Shown here piece after piece: positions 60,115-64,000 of a stretch of DNA of 64,000 bases. Location of the stretch: NCBI GenBank assembly GCA_964016885.1, contig CAXHJY010000456.1, forward strand, positions 89,122 through 153,121. Direction: 5' to 3'. Source of the stretch: Eledone cirrhosa (lineage: Eukaryota). The position numbers were made by a program, and so were the translations under genes. The notes beneath the pieces are model-generated. The model had not been told where the DNA came from. It was given only the letters and a program-made list of their open reading frames with translations, and made no database searches. Numbering within the stretch: the stretch's first letter is position 1; each line of letters begins with the position of its first letter.

Positions 60115-62330
60115 AAATACAAAATTTACCACTTTTATGAAAGGAGATAAATTCTATCACATATGTTGAAGGAAATTGCGTAAGAGCTTCTGGGTAAACA
60201 ACATTCCTTGTTTTTTGGTTTGGAGCATGGACAACTAGTCTTGTAAATCTGGAGCAACCAACAAGTTGACCATGAGGGAAGCAAGGCTCAATTAAGTACA
60301 AGCTAGTAGATTTAACAGTATTCGTTTGAACTCAAATGGAATGTCTGTGGCTTTGATTGGAATTCTTGGAATGAAAATATCTTCTCCAGAAGCATATCCA
60401 GTGATGATGGTAGCTTCTATCACATCATGTGATAATGTCTTCACAATCAACCTTGTCCCATTGCATAATTTAGGAGGATCTAAATTTCTTAGAAGCATTA
60501 TTGGGACTCCTACCTTCAGAAAAAGTTTTTGTGGAGGAGTTCCAGGTGGCTCAAGAGAATTAAGGAATTCTGTTGGGTAGTGGACAGCTTGATTTTCATC
60601 AAGGACTGAATCAACTGATTTGTACTTCTTAATGACTGTTGCAATGTTATTCATTAATTCATGGTTAATTCTTGCTACTGTCTCATTTTTTTTAGCAAGA
60701 ACAGCCCTTTCATACAACCATTTATGTGAATTATAATTATTACTTAAGCTGTAGGGGATTACCAAGTTGACACATGTTCAGCATAATTGCAAAAAGGTTA
60801 CAGAGTTTCCTTGGAGAATCTGACTCTGATGCTTCAGTCAATGAAAAGTCCCAATGCTCATCATTTTCTAAAAAACGTTGTTCATAGCATGCTTCCCTAT
60901 AAGTTTCACACACATGACCATTTACCCTCCCCAAATCTTGGAATAATTTGGGACCACGTACTTCATGCAAAAGAAGCCGTATGTAGTAGCATTCTGCTTG
61001 ACTTGGGCAGACACTGTAAACTCTTGCAAGAGCGTCAGCCCCACCTTTCCTCTTGTGCCATTTATTGTTTCTCCAGGTGTAATACTCGGCTAATTCTAGG
61101 TAAAGGAGTTTTCTTGCATCTTCATCTTTTTGGCACAACTTAAAAAAGTCAGTAAGGGTAGTTTCTTTTGGAGAAAGTGCTTGTTGCAAGGCTATTTGTA
61201 GAATTCCATGCAGCTTACTGTTTTTGTCAGTGCAGGAGCTCTTGTTTTAAAATCTGGAGTGTATCATATGATCGGTGGGTTGCATTTAACGGCTGCAACT
61301 TATTTCCTCTTCCTTAAATAATTATATCTCTCTTCCCATACTCATCGCCTGTAATAATTGCTGCTACTTCATTTGTGGCAGGGGCATTGTAGCGGCCTCC
61401 GTGTTCAGCAACAGGCTTTTTGTCTGCATCAATAACTATCTTATATTCAGTGGGTGGTGCAAATTCTAATGTATGATTGAAGCTTCTGATGTAGCTATTG
61501 TTTGCATGCAACATATCTTGCAGATCAAAGATTAACTTTTCTTTCAAAGCCTGCTCCTTGTAATTTGCCACAAAATATATCAGTAAAAACAAAGATCCAA
61601 TACGATGGTATACTTGACCTTGAACTTTCAAAGTTGGCTTCATGTTCTCTTCTCTTATAATATACCAAAGGAGGTCATTTGTATGCTCCTTGGTGTTTCT
61701 CCCCAAAGCAATGCCTTCAAAGTATCTGGGGATGTACCAAACACCGGTAAAACAACCGTGGTGGTTTCTCTTTCCCATTTCTTTCCTTTACACAAACTGT
61801 ACTCTTTTGACATTGTTCCAATATCAATCAATTTCTCTGTAGAATAATCATGTTTTGGATCATAGGTGACAGCTAATCTTTTCCAAGTCCCCTTGAAGGT
61901 ACAACTCTTTTGTCAAACGTATTCAGCCTATCTTGATCAAGGCGCTTATGTCTTTCCTCTGAGGATTGGCGAAGTCTTGCCTCCTGGTTTTTTCTTTGTC
62001 TAATCTTTCGCTGACCTATTGTCTCATTGGCAACTCTGGCAGCTTGTCTTTATATTGCATCCTTTAAACGTTTTTCGCTTTCCTTTTTTTTAATCTTGCA
62101 GATTGCATTTTATTGGCGTAATTATTCTAACCGTTTTCCCCTTGCCTCTTGTGACTATTTGGTGCTGCGTATCAGCAGCTCTCCTCCGGTCGTTTTCATG
62201 TCTTTGCTGTCGTTGTGCAGGGGTCTCCAGTGACCTTGCTCTAGCTACCTGTACTCGTCTTTGCTCCACTGTAGAATACTGATCATCTACATCAACCCGT
62301 CTCCCCTTGTAAAGAATGCGAATGTTTATC
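60115..62330 (-). mobile_element. Helitron Rep/PIF1-helicase pseudogene, internally deleted
   Basis: ETPAQRQQRHENDR (N-terminal), KVQGQVYHRIGSL, RYNAPATNEVAAII, YYIRLLLHEVRGP..ETYREAC, YPTEFLNSLEPPG..LKVGVPIMLLRNL..LCNGTRL and [21 protein letters not shown], all in canonical order with stops and frameshifts. Confidence 0.93.
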
Positions 62331-62626
62331 TCGGAAACTTTTTTGAAAATTAAAATGGGGATTGAATAAAAATAAATAGTGAAAGTTACGTGAATATTTT
62401 CACAAGAGTGATTGAAATAAATGGCGATTGTGGAACACCGCACGCACGCACACAAACGAAACCGCATACGCGCACGCAGGTGTGCACGTTCACACACACG
62501 CACACACTCACACATGTTGATAGTTTTTACTTTCTGTGGAACACCGCACGCACTCACACATGTACACACACACATGTTAATAGTTATGCAAAGATATACA
62601 AATACACTGACATCTGGTAATATCTA

Positions 62627-62820
62627 TCTATAATATTATAAAGCTGAGTGTCGTGTGTATTATGTATGTATGTATCCTACACACCTCCCTATAGTTTCTT
62701 AGCTTTACTCTCTCCGCCACTCTTCCCTCTCTCTATAATAGATCACTCCCCTCTCTATAATTTAACTGCTTTACTCTCTCTGTCACTCTTCACTCTCTAA
62801 TATTATGAAACTGAGCGTCG

Positions 62821-62882
<62 letters not shown>

Positions 62883-63491
62883 TTTCACCCTCTCTATAAT
62901 TTAACTGCTTTACTCGCTGTCTCTCTTCACTCTCTATATGACAACACTCTTTTACTTTCCGTATCTACCTTCAATATATCAATATATACCAAGGTTCTGC
63001 TGTACGTCGGGCTGAGGGGGCCAAACTCCTCAAATACCGGTCGCTCTCCGACAGGTTTATGGTCGTACCCCTGGCAGTGGAGACTTCTGGTGTCCTCGGC
63101 CCCAGGGCTACCTCCTTACTCACCACCATAGGCGCTGAGCTGGCCAGCCGCAGGTGTGAGCCCCGCGAGTTGGAGTGGCTTTTCCAGCGCGTCTCCCTTG
63201 CCGTCCTCCGGGGAAACACCTTCTCCATTCTGTCTGCCGGGGATGTGGGTGGGCCCCATCGCGTACCGTTGTAGTTGTTGTATACAGATATTAACTCATC
63301 AATCCCATTATTTATATCATATATCAACATAGAGATGAGCGTCGTATGTATGTTTATTTCAAAAGGATAACCTCCTTCAAATTCGGTCAACACACAAGCA
63401 GGTAATACATATATCAAAAGGCAACCCTCTTAGAGAGACAGAGAGTGAAAGAGGCAGATTAGGAAAACTACACACACACACACACATCTAA

Positions 63492-63525
<34 letters not shown>

Positions 63526-63700
63526 CAGGGAAAGAGAAACAGAGGGACGGGCAAGGAGGTAATACATACATCTAAAATCATTTGGATGCAAATATCATAA
63601 TATAATGGTTTCAGAACGAAAATACAGACAAATATAATAATGTATGTATCCCACACACTTTTTCTGTCGTCGCTCGCATAAGTAACACACACACACACGC

Positions 63701-63731
<31 letters not shown>

Positions 63732-63957
63732 AATACACATACTTTCACACCTGATTTCGCCAATTGCCGGATAACATCAAAACAAAACACACAGACACAC
63801 ACATGCACATACATACACATACACAAACACACACACACACATATCTATACTTTATATATATGTATGTAAGATCATTCCCCCTCTGCTTTACTCTCTCTGT
63901 TGCTCTTCACTCTCTATATGACAACAGTGTTTTAGTTTCCGTATCTCCCTTCAATAT
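62627..63957 (+). mobile_element. Scattered fragments of a probable non-autonomous Helitron-like repeat
   Basis: A TCTATAATATTATAAAGCTGAG start motif (62627; variant at ~62795) and the block ctgctttactcNctNtNNctcttcactctcta(tatgacaaca) at ~62766, ~62905 and ~63883. Confidence 0.45.
62988..63274 (+). mobile_element. C-terminal fragment of a CRE-clade (restriction-like endonuclease) non-LTR retrotransposon
   Basis: GC-rich island encoding GSAVRRAEGAKLLKYRSL..FMVVPLAVETSGVLGP..EPRELEWLFQRVSLAVLRGN, matching the CRE RLE C-terminal pattern (KY..FVPxAVET.G...FQRxSxAxQRGN). Confidence 0.8.
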
Positions 63958-63967
63958 ACACACACAT

Positions 63968-64000
<33 letters not shown>

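Noticed and set aside
57071-60132. W/G/M/V-rich and Q/P/T/N-rich ORFs
   Set aside because: They are translations of a tetranucleotide satellite open in many frames.

Overview
Eukaryotic (animal) DNA, AT-rich and dense in repeats. The SINE, RTE and microsatellite repertoire suggests a coleoid cephalopod such as Octopus, but this is my inference from recalled repeat families. No host protein-coding exon can be supported. Bases 1-~35950 form one giant, strand-asymmetric compound trinucleotide array, (GGT)n-AGT-(GTT)n, with kb-scale internal duplications. All giant ORFs in the track come from its composition. The remaining 28 kb is a nest of mostly decayed mobile elements. These include five RTE-clade LINE fragments from at least three families (one family has a PHD-type finger inside the RT), a Penelope-like element (RT + GIY-YIG, Naiad-like) ending in a well-formed hammerhead ribozyme, and two small PLE-like relics with minimal or variant hammerhead motifs. 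There is also an LTR with a tRNA-Trp-like PBS, an internally deleted Helitron, a CRE fragment, modular tRNA-derived SINEs, MITEs and satellites. The most interesting signals are the cluster of hammerhead motifs at 47.3-50.0 kb, the architecture of the 36-kb array, and a compact CCAAT / M-box / RFX X-box motif cluster at 54.5 kb. Coordinates were counted by eye and may be off by a few bases.
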